DNA from: Labrys sp. (in: a-proteobacteria)
GTDB taxonomy: Bacteria > Pseudomonadota > Alphaproteobacteria > Rhizobiales > Labraceae
NCBI GenBank assembly: GCA_046344875.1
Contig: JBKDKQ010000063.1
Coordinates: 43,221 to 75,220, forward strand
Direction: 5' to 3'
Length of the DNA: 32,000 nt
The notes beneath the pieces are model-generated. The model had not been told where the DNA came from. It made no database searches and saw only the letters and a program-made list of their open reading frames with translations. The position numbers and the translations under genes were made by a program. Positions 25,108 through 32,000 of the stretch are shown in pieces. Numbering within the stretch: the first letter of the stretch is position 1; every line of letters starts with the position of its first letter.

Positions 25108-26385
25108 ATGGGCACGCTGCGGAACCTGATCGCCATCGGTGTCCCGTCCTGGTTTCGCCGCCTCGGTCCTGGCCTCATCACCGGCGCGGCGGATGATGAT
25201 CCGGGCGGCATCGCCACCCATTCCCAGGTCGGCGCGGCCTTCGGCTTCGATCTCCTGTGGACCATTCTCCTCACCCTGCCCCTGATGAGCGCGATCCAGT
25301 CGATCTGCGCCCGCATCGGCCGCGTGACCGGCGAGGGCCTTGCCGCGAACATGACGCGCGTCCTGCCGCGGCCGGTCGTCGGGGGCGTCGTGTGCCTCCT
25401 CATCGTCGCGAACGTCGTGAACATCGGTGCCGATCTCGCCGCGATGGGCGCGGCGGCGGAACTCGTGATCGGTTGGGGTGGGACGGTATTTGCCGTGCTC
25501 TTTGCGGCGATCTCGCTGTTCCTGCAGGTCTTCATCCCCTATCACCGCTACGTCCATGTCCTGAAATGGCTGACGCTCAGTCTGCTCGCCTATGTCGGTG
25601 TCGTCTTCTCGGTCACGATCGACTGGGATGCGGTCATCGCCGGTATTGTCCACCCCCGGATCGCCGCCTCGCGCGAGATGCTGATCGCCGTCGTCGCGGT
25701 CTTCGGCACGACGATCAGCCCCTATCTGTTCTTCTGGCAGAGCGCCGAGGAGGTCGAGGAGGAGCAGCTTGCGGGCGAGGGGCCCTTGCTCGACCAACCG
25801 GATAAGGCGGAGGCGGAGCTCAGCCGAATTGCCTGGGACACGATCGTCGGAATGGGATTCTCGAGCCTGATCTCGTTCTTCATCGTGCTCACCACGGCCG
25901 TTACCCTGCATCAGGCGGGGATCAGCGACATCGCGACCTCGGCCGACGCGGCGCGGGCCCTGCGGCCGATCGCCGGCGATTTCGCGTTTTTTCTGTTCAG
26001 TCTCGGCATCATCGGGACCGGTCTCCTGGCGCTCCCCGTGCTTGCGGGATCGGCGGCCTATGCGGTCGGGGAACTTCGCGGCTGGCGGATCGGGCTCGAG
26101 CAGAAGCCAGAGAACGCGAAAGCCTTTTACGGCGTGATCGCCGCCTGTTTCGCAACCGGCCTCCTCATGCTGTTCCTGCCGATCGATCCGATAAGGGCCC
26201 TGTTCTGGAGCGCGGTGCTCAACGGCGTGATCGCCGTGCCGCTGATGGTGGCGACCATGCTCGTCGTCTCCAGCCGCGCCCACCTCGGCCCCTTCGTCGC
26301 GCCGCTCGCCCTGCGCATGATCGGGTGGGCCGCGACCGGTGTCATGGGCCTGGCGGTCGTCGGCATGATGGTCCTCTCCGTTTGA
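25108..26385 (+). CDS. Nramp/SLC11-family transporter, non-canonical metal-site variant
   Basis: 425 aa from ATG 25108, about 11 TM spans. TM1 motif GPGLITGAADDDPGGIATHSQ and TM6 FGTTISPYLFFWQ align with the canonical DPGN and GATVMPHN motifs, but the Asn, Ala, Met and His positions are substituted. Confidence 0.85.
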   Translation: MGTLRNLIAIGVPSWFRRLGPGLITGAADDDPGGIATHSQVGAAFGFDLLWTILLTLPLMSAIQSICARIGRVTGEGLAANMTRVLPRPVVGGVVCLLIVANVVNIGADLAAMGAAAELVIGWGGTVFAVLFAAISLFLQVFIPYHRYVHVLKWLTLSLLAYVGVVFSVTIDWDAVIAGIVHPRIAASREMLIAVVAVFGTTISPYLFFWQSAEEVEEEQLAGEGPLLDQPDKAEAELSRIAWDTIVGMGFSSLISFFIVLTTAVTLHQAGISDIATSADAARALRPIAGDFAFFLFSLGIIGTGLLALPVLAGSAAYAVGELRGWRIGLEQKPENAKAFYGVIAACFATGLLMLFLPIDPIRALFWSAVLNGVIAVPLMVATMLVVSSRAHLGPFVAPLALRMIGWAATGVMGLAVVGMMVLSV

Positions 26386-26580
26386 CGCCACGCCCGGTGA
26401 CAGTCTGTCGACGACGGACCGAAGGATTGGTGAGTGCCGGCAGGTCACCATAAGGACTAATACGTATGAATCGACATGCGGTGTATGTTGTTTGGTCGAG
26501 AGAGTCTCGGTTCGGCGGCTTTGTCGACCAGGTGGTGACGAGGTCCTTCGCCTGAAAGACAATGAGAAGGCTCAAAAACT

Positions 26581-26760
26581 CAACAGAACAACTGTATTCG
26601 ATGGCACATGATCTAGCAATAGTGACAGAAAGCTCCGCAGTTAGATCGATCATGCAGATAAAGGTATTCAAAAACCTCTTTCAATCATGTAAAAAATACC
26701 AAAAACTGGCACCTGTTTACCATTTTTTTCTTGGTATTGCCCAAAATGATGGATGTCGGT
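26581..26760. other. AT-rich island (about 38% GC) in a ~67% GC background
   Basis: Direct counts: 27, 18 and 23 G+C in the three 60-nt lines 26581-26760 (68/180), versus 41/60 in a typical coding line (25141-25200). Low GC extends roughly 26440-26830, into the signal-peptide codons of the next gene. Confidence 0.7.
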
Positions 26761-27795
26761 GTTTTCCGGGGCGTTGTTCATGTCATCAATGATTGTCTCC
26801 CGTACTCTCGTGTTCTGTTCCATTTTGATCAGCGCGACGGCGTCTGTCGCCGTCGCAGCCGACGCCGCCCTGCGCGACTTCGTGCGGCCGAAGGAAATCC
26901 CCTTCCCGGCGGACAATCCCTACACGCCCGAAAAGGCTGCGCTCGGCAAGGCGCTCTATTTCGAGACCAGGCTGTCGGGTGCGCAGAACATGAACTGCGC
27001 TTCGTGTCACAATCCTTCTTTCGGCTGGGAAGCGCCGACGAAAACGCCGGTTGGGGCCGGGGATGTCAGTCTCGGCCGGCAGGCGCCGACGATCTTGAAC
27101 ATCGCCTGGGTCCACCCTCTGTTTTGGGACGGCCGTGCTGCGACCGCCGAAGAACAGGCGATTGGTCCGATCCAGGCACCGGCCGAGATGAACCTCGCGC
27201 TCGACGAGGCCGTCGCGCGATTGAAAGCCATTCCGGCTTATGACGCGTGGTTCACCCGCGTCTTCCCGCAGGACGGTGTCACCGGCGATACCATCGCCAA
27301 GGCGATCGCGACCTTCGAGCGGACCGTGGTCGCAAGCCATGCACCCTTCCCTTCGACGAATGGGTCGAGGGCAACGGCAGTGCCGTTTCGGATGCCGCTA
27401 AGCGCGGATTCGGGCTTTTCGTCGGCAAGGCCGGCTGCTCGGGCTGCCACAGCGGCTGGAACTTCACCGACAACGCCTTCCACGATATTGGTGCGACGAC
27501 GACCGATCTCGGCCGTGGCGCCATCGAGAAGGACAATGTCCTCGCCCAATACGCCTTCAAGACGCCGAGCCTGCGCGATGTGGCGCAGCGAGCACCCTAT
27601 CTTCACGACGGCTCGCTGGCGACGCTCAGGGCCGTTATGGACCATTATGTCGTCGGCGGCATCCAGCGGCCGTCGCTGTCGCCGCGCATGGCGCCGGTGG
27701 CGCTGTCGGACGGTGAAATCGACGACATCATCGCCTTCATGGTCTCGTTGACGGGCAAGCGCCAGGTCGTCGCGCTGCCGGTTCTCCCCAACTGA
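26753..27795 (+). pseudogene. Di-haem cytochrome c peroxidase (CCP/MauG family) disrupted by a 5-bp tandem duplication
   Basis: The N-terminal half (frame of 26753) has a signal peptide and haem site CASCHN, and reads as CCP up to ATFERTVVASHAPF. The C-terminal half (frame of 27247) continues DEWVEGNGSAVSDAAKRGFGLFVGKAGCSGCHSG...PSLRDVAQRAPYLHDGS. The junction holds ccttc-ccttc at 27345-27354. Deleting one copy restores ...HAPFDEWVEGN... Possible starts: ATG 26753, 26780 or 26789. Confidence 0.85.
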
Positions 27796-27813
27796 TCGAG
27801 AGGACTGGTCCCC

Positions 27814-29472
27814 ATGTCGATCCTCAAGCGTATCCTTTTGTCTTTCACCGTCATCCTCGCTCTCGGCGTTGGCCAGGGCGTCTGGAGCCTGTGGAGCCTC
27901 GCGAGCGTCACCGACACCATGGAAGTGGCGGCCTTCAAGCCGCTGACCCAGGTCGATGCGGCGCGATCAGCGGCGGGCCTCTTCGCCGATGCCCTGCGTC
28001 GCCTCGACGACGTCACCGCCGCGATCCAGTTCACTGATGCGCAGGCCAATCTCGCGGCCTTCCGCGACAAGGCCGACACCATCGCCGCCGAGCTCGACCG
28101 TCTGGCGAGCGTTGCAACGACGCCGGAGGAGAGCGAGCGCGTCGGCGACGCGCGTGCCGCCTTCGCCGAATGGCGCGGCGACGCGATGGTGCTGCTCGGC
28201 GAGCGCCCGGCGACGGCGATCGTCGCCCCGCATGTCATGGCGGCGCGCAGCCGCCGGCTCAGCGACAACCTCGCGGCGCTGGTCGACCAGTCGCTGAAGG
28301 CGGCCGCGATCGCCCGTGCGAGGATCGAGAGAGACACGCAGTCCGCCCGGACGTCGACGCTGCTCTCCGTCGGCGCCCTGACACTGCTCGGTCTCGTGCT
28401 GGCGGTCGCCTCCGCCATTTCGATCACGCGGCCCATGGCTCGGCTCGAAGGGCAGATGGGCGCCGTCGCGGCCGGTCGGCTCGACACGGTCATCGACGGC
28501 GAGGCGCGACGCGACGAAATCGGGTCCATGGCGCGCGCGGTGGCGTTCTTCCGCGGCAAGGCGGCGGAGGCGCTCGAAGCCGAGCAGGAAGCGGCCCGGG
28601 CCCGCGAGACCGCGGCGGGTGATCGCAGCCGTCTGATGCAGACGGTCGCGGGCCGCTTCGAGGAGCGCGTCGCCGGTCTGATCGCCGATCTCGACGAAAC
28701 GATCCGCCGCCTCGGCAGGGACGCCGACAGCATGGCGACCTCGGCGAACGGGGCCCGCAGCGAGGTCGAGGGGGCGAACTCCCTCGCCGCGACCACCCGC
28801 CTGAACGTCAACGCCGTGGCCTCGGCCGCCGTCGAGATGGCCGCCTCGGCCCGCGAGATCTCCGGCCGTTCCTCGACGTCGCGCCATCTGGTCGAGCGCG
28901 CCGGCAAGATCGTACGGGAGTCGGATGGCACCATCCGTGCTCTCGCCGGAACCTCCGAGAAGATCAGCGACATGGCGGTTCTGATCGGCACCATCGCGGA
29001 ACAGACCAATCTTCTTGCCCTCAACGCCACGATCGAGGCGGCGCGGGCGGGCGATGCCGGCAAGGGTTTTGCGGTCGTCGCCGCCGAGGTGAAGACGCTC
29101 GCCGACCAGACCCGTCGCGCCACCGACAGCATCGGCCTCAGCGTCGCCCAGGTGCGATCGGCCTCCAACGAGGTCGTCTCGGTCATCGGCGAGATCCGCA
29201 GCGTCATGGAGACGATCGGCGGCGCGACCAGCGAGATCGAGGGTGCCATGGGCGAACAGCTCGGTGCCACGAACGAGATCGCGCGCAACATGGAGGTGGC
29301 GTCCGGCGGCACCGCGCAGGTGGCCCAGACGCTCGCGACCGTCGCCGGCACCTTCGATACGGTCTCGGCCCAATCCGAACAGATCAGCACGGCGCTTCTT
29401 CAGGCGCAGGCGACCGTGGTCGGCCTGCGCCAGGAGGCGACGGGCTTCCTCGCCTCGATCCGCGCGGCCTGA
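27814..29472 (+). CDS. Methyl-accepting chemotaxis protein (periplasmic helical sensor, HAMP, MA domain)
   Basis: 552 aa. SD gagagga. TM1 [18 protein letters not shown] and TM2 [22 protein letters not shown]. Highly conserved signalling hairpin [34 protein letters not shown]. Confidence 0.9.
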   Translation: MSILKRILLSFTVILALGVGQGVWSLWSLASVTDTMEVAAFKPLTQVDAARSAAGLFADALRRLDDVTAAIQFTDAQANLAAFRDKADTIAAELDRLASVATTPEESERVGDARAAFAEWRGDAMVLLGERPATAIVAPHVMAARSRRLSDNLAALVDQSLKAAAIARARIERDTQSARTSTLLSVGALTLLGLVLAVASAISITRPMARLEGQMGAVAAGRLDTVIDGEARRDEIGSMARAVAFFRGKAAEALEAEQEAARARETAAGDRSRLMQTVAGRFEERVAGLIADLDETIRRLGRDADSMATSANGARSEVEGANSLAATTRLNVNAVASAAVEMAASAREISGRSSTSRHLVERAGKIVRESDGTIRALAGTSEKISDMAVLIGTIAEQTNLLALNATIEAARAGDAGKGFAVVAAEVKTLADQTRRATDSIGLSVAQVRSASNEVVSVIGEIRSVMETIGGATSEIEGAMGEQLGATNEIARNMEVASGGTAQVAQTLATVAGTFDTVSAQSEQISTALLQAQATVVGLRQEATGFLASIRAA

Positions 29473-29475
29473 TCT

Positions 29476-29490
29476 GCCGCGCGCCGCGGC
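29476..29490. terminator. Short GC hairpin between convergent mcp and kup
   Basis: gccgcg (29476-29481), loop cgc, cgcggc (29485-29490), in the 20-nt gap between the two stop codons. No U-tract. Confidence 0.3.
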
Positions 29491-29492
29491 CG

Positions 29493-31409
29493 TCAGACTG
29501 TGATCTGCTGGCCAACCTCGACGACGCGGTCGGTCGGCAGGCGGAAATAGCTCGAGGCGTCGTCGGCGTTGCGCGACAGGAAGATGAAGAGATAGTCCTG
29601 CCACAACGGCATGCCGGTCGCGGCCGAGGCCCGGATCGACCGCCGCGACAGGAAGAACGACGTCGACATGATGTCGTATTTCCAACCCTTCTTGCGGCAA
29701 AGGGCGAGCGCCTTCGGCAGGTTGGGGGTCTCCATATAGCCGAACCGCACCGTCACGCGCAGGAAGCGCGGCGACAACTCCTCGATGCTGACTTTCTGAT
29801 CGTCCGACAAGCGGGGCTCATCGGCGCTCTGCACCGTCAGAATGACGTTGTGGCGGTGCAGGATCTTGTAGTGCTTGAGGCTGTGCAGCAGCGCCGTCGG
29901 CGCCGATTCCCGGTCGGCGGTGAGGAACACCGCGGTGCCCTCGATCTCATGGGGCGCGTGTTCATCCATCTGGCGGACGAGATCGAGCAGCGGCACTTCG
30001 GACCTGCGCGTCTTGTCGAAGAGAAACTGCGAGCCGCGGCGCCAGGTCAGCATGACGATCATGATCGCCGCAGCAAGCGCGAGCGGCATCCAGCCGCCCT
30101 CGTGGATCTTCAGGAGATTGGCGGAGAGGAAGATCAGCTCGATGACGAGGAACGGCATCATGACGAGGCAGGTGAGACCGATCGACCAGTTCCAGACCTT
30201 GCGCATCACGATGAAGGCCATGATCGCCGTGATCACCATGGTGCCGGTGACGGCGATGCCATAGGCGGAGGCGAGCGCGGTGGAGTTCCCGAAGGCGACG
30301 ACGAGCACGAGAACACCGACGAGCAGCATGACGTTGATCTGCGGCACATAGATCTGGCCGGAATGATCATCCGAGGTGTGCAGCACCCGCAGCCGCGGCA
30401 GGAGGCCAAGTTGCACCGCCTGGCGGGACAGCGAGAAGGCACCGGTGATGACCGCCTGGCTCGCGATCACGGTCGCGGCGGTCGCAAGCAGCACCATGGG
30501 CAGCATCGCCCAGGAGGGGACGAGCAGAAAGAAGGGGTTTTCAAGCGCCGCCGGATTGGCCAGAACCAGCGCGCCCTGACCGAGATAGTTCAGGGCAAGG
30601 CAGGGCAGCACCAGGCCTACCCAGGCAAACTGGATCGGTCGCCGCCCGAAATGGCCGAGATCGGCATAGAGCGCCTCCGCCCCCGTCACCGCGAGGAAGA
30701 CGGCGCCGAGCGCCCACAGACCGAGCATGCCCTCCGTGGAGAGGAAGAGGACGGCGTAATACGGATTGAAGGCCGCAAAAATCCCCGGATCATCGCCGAT
30801 ATGCGACAGGCCCGCCGCTGCCATGCTGAGGAAGAACAGGGCGGTGATCGGCCCGAACCAGTTGGCAACGGCGGCCGTACCGCGACTCTGCACCAGGAAG
30901 AGCCCGCACAGGATCACGACCGTGATCGGCACCGTCCACTCCGCAAAGGCGGGCGTGACGAGTTTCAGGCCCTCGACCGCCGACAGGACCGAGATCGCCG
31001 GCGTGATGATCGCATCACCATAAAACAGCGCCGCTCCGGCGATGCCGAGCACGGCGATCAGGGCAGAGCGGCCGAGCGCTTTTTGACTCAGCGCCATGAG
31101 CGTCAGCGTCCCGCCCTCGCCGCGATTGTCCATGCGCAGGAGGATGAGCACGTATTTGAGCGTGACGATCAGGATCAGCGCCCACAGGATCAGCGAGATG
31201 ACCCCGAGCACCATCTCGCGCGTGAAGACACCGGTATGCCCGCTGGCAGCGGAGAGCGCTTCCCTGAAGGCATAGAGCGGGCTCGTGCCGATATCGCCGT
31301 AGACGACACCGACCGAGCCGAGCGCGAGCGACCAAAGACCGGCCTTCGAGCCCGGCGCGCCGTGCGGGGCGGCATCCTTGCCCGTGTCGACACCTGAAGC
31401 ATCCTGCAT
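29493..31409 (-). CDS. kup: KUP/HAK/KT-family potassium uptake protein
   Basis: Family hallmark [15 protein letters not shown] near the N-terminus, about 12 TM spans, and a C-terminal cytoplasmic domain. ATG 31409 (638 aa) is preferred over the TTG at 31472 that opens the listed ORF. Confidence 0.9.
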   Translation of the reverse strand: MQDASGVDTGKDAAPHGAPGSKAGLWSLALGSVGVVYGDIGTSPLYAFREALSAASGHTGVFTREMVLGVISLILWALILIVTLKYVLILLRMDNRGEGGTLTLMALSQKALGRSALIAVLGIAGAALFYGDAIITPAISVLSAVEGLKLVTPAFAEWTVPITVVILCGLFLVQSRGTAAVANWFGPITALFFLSMAAAGLSHIGDDPGIFAAFNPYYAVLFLSTEGMLGLWALGAVFLAVTGAEALYADLGHFGRRPIQFAWVGLVLPCLALNYLGQGALVLANPAALENPFFLLVPSWAMLPMVLLATAATVIASQAVITGAFSLSRQAVQLGLLPRLRVLHTSDDHSGQIYVPQINVMLLVGVLVLVVAFGNSTALASAYGIAVTGTMVITAIMAFIVMRKVWNWSIGLTCLVMMPFLVIELIFLSANLLKIHEGGWMPLALAAAIMIVMLTWRRGSQFLFDKTRRSEVPLLDLVRQMDEHAPHEIEGTAVFLTADRESAPTALLHSLKHYKILHRHNVILTVQSADEPRLSDDQKVSIEELSPRFLRVTVRFGYMETPNLPKALALCRKKGWKYDIMSTSFFLSRRSIRASAATGMPLWQDYLFIFLSRNADDASSYFRLPTDRVVEVGQQITV

Positions 31410-31610
31410 CGGAGAGATCCGTCGCCCGCCGGCACCCGAGGCGCCGTCGACACCTATATAGGATCCAGGCAACGAGGGACAAACCTGGACTGGACCAGCG
31501 AGGGTGCCGCGGTCGCATCCCGCCGCAGGACGATCGCGGCGTCGATCTGGTCTGGCGCCGCATGACGGGCTACGCTTCGTGCACGATCATCCCGCCGGAC
31601 ATGTGCATCG

Positions 31611-32000
31611 ATGAGCGATCCGACCCGAGACGATGCTGCCGCCATCGCCTTCGGCAAGGCCTGGGCCGAGGCCTGGAACCGTCGCGACCTCGAGGCCGTC
31701 CTGTCGCATTTTGACGATGACGCGATCTTCACTTCACCAGTCGCCCGGCGGATCGGCTTTACCGATGACGGCATCGTTCGTGGGAAGCACGCCCTGCGCC
31801 GTTATTGGCGGCAGGCTCTCGACAACAATCCGACGCTTCATTTTGAGGTGACGGCGGTCTATCGCGGCATCGGATCGCTGACGATCGCGTTTCGCACCCA
31901 GTCTGACATCAGGCGCGTTGAGGTTCTGATTTTCTCCGACGGCAGGGTTACATCCGGCTATGCGCTCTTCCTCGCCGATCACAAGGGCAGTGGTCGCTGA
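31611..32000 (+). CDS. NTF2-like / SnoaL-like small protein
   Basis: 129 aa, complete (the stop is at the window end). The pattern AFGKAWAEAWNRRDLEAVLSHFDDDAIFTSP...HFEV is typical of SnoaL/NTF2-like folds. Confidence 0.6.
   Translation: MSDPTRDDAAAIAFGKAWAEAWNRRDLEAVLSHFDDDAIFTSPVARRIGFTDDGIVRGKHALRRYWRQALDNNPTLHFEVTAVYRGIGSLTIAFRTQSDIRRVEVLIFSDGRVTSGYALFLADHKGSGR

Noticed and set aside
26707-26722. Sigma-54-like TGGCAC element upstream of the peroxidase gene
   Set aside because: TGGCAC is followed, after 5 nt, by TACC rather than TTGC. The essential -12 GC dinucleotide is missing, so this is not a credible -24/-12 promoter.
26562-26792. 76-aa ORF inside the AT-rich island (MRRLKNSTEQLYSMAHDLAIV...), plus the opposite-strand ORFs 26342..26671 and 26668..26916
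   Set aside because: No SD. The end overlaps the peroxidase start region in another frame. Composition-driven open frames are expected in a short AT-rich patch flanked by GC-rich DNA. Only Ribo-seq could rescue it.
27645-29390. Very long antisense or alternate-frame ORFs (for example 27645..29390-, 27967..29700-, 16458..18098-, 18095..19489-, 20001..21554+, 25084..26562-, 29850..31397+, 12694..13941+, 23614..24585-)
   Set aside because: All overlap genes that have clear family motifs on the other strand or frame. Their translations are dominated by Arg, Ala, Ser, Pro and Gly with no motifs. This is the expected stop-codon-poor artefact of ~67% GC DNA.
31453-31462. Palindrome cctatatagg about 45 nt upstream of the kup start
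   Set aside because: It is an isolated 10-bp AT-core palindrome, more simply explained as part of a -10-like promoter element. There is no partner site and no known regulator motif.
1-32000. Search for mobile elements, tRNA/rRNA genes, CRISPR arrays, toxin-antitoxin pairs or known defence-system hallmarks
   Set aside because: I could recognise no transposase, integrase or recombinase motifs, no inverted terminal repeats, no cloverleaf-like tRNA sequences, no repeat-spacer arrays, and no nuclease, helicase or ATPase genes of defence type. This is a by-eye survey, so absence is not proof.

Overview
High-GC (~65-68% by eye) chromosomal segment that looks alphaproteobacterial (Hyphomicrobiales/Rhizobiales-like gene content; this is inference). 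It is densely coding. I support 28 intact protein genes, one frameshifted pseudogene and a few regulatory or terminator candidates. I found no rRNA, tRNA, CRISPR array, transposase, integrase or phage genes. All family calls come from motifs read by eye in the supplied translations; no homology search was run.

Gene content, left to right:
- Tail of a sugar-utilisation operon: ABC ATPase, small membrane protein, PfkB kinase, TIM-barrel isomerase.
- A signal-less PhnD-like binding-fold protein.
- A three-gene operon of unclear function: TelA/YaaN-like helical protein, bitopic membrane protein, coiled-coil protein with a Gly-rich tail.
- An SDR.
- The classical Lrp / arginase / ornithine cyclodeaminase module.
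- An OhrR-like MarR regulator with a quinone-oxidoreductase-like MDR gene and a divergent Tat-signal MBL hydrolase.
- An acyltransferase.
- A PrtD/HlyD-type type I secretion pair with no visible substrate or outer-membrane factor.
- A small secreted SH3-like protein, a membrane-anchored alpha/beta hydrolase and a second SDR.
- DUF992 and two glycosyltransferases.
- A non-canonical Nramp homologue.
- An AT-rich island, followed by a di-haem cytochrome c peroxidase broken by a 5-bp tandem duplication.
- An MCP, Kup and an NTF2-like protein.

The best candidate for an undescribed system is the 4379-7947 operon. Its novelty cannot be established from sequence alone. The rest of the window is mostly ordinary accessory metabolism with a few checkable oddities.
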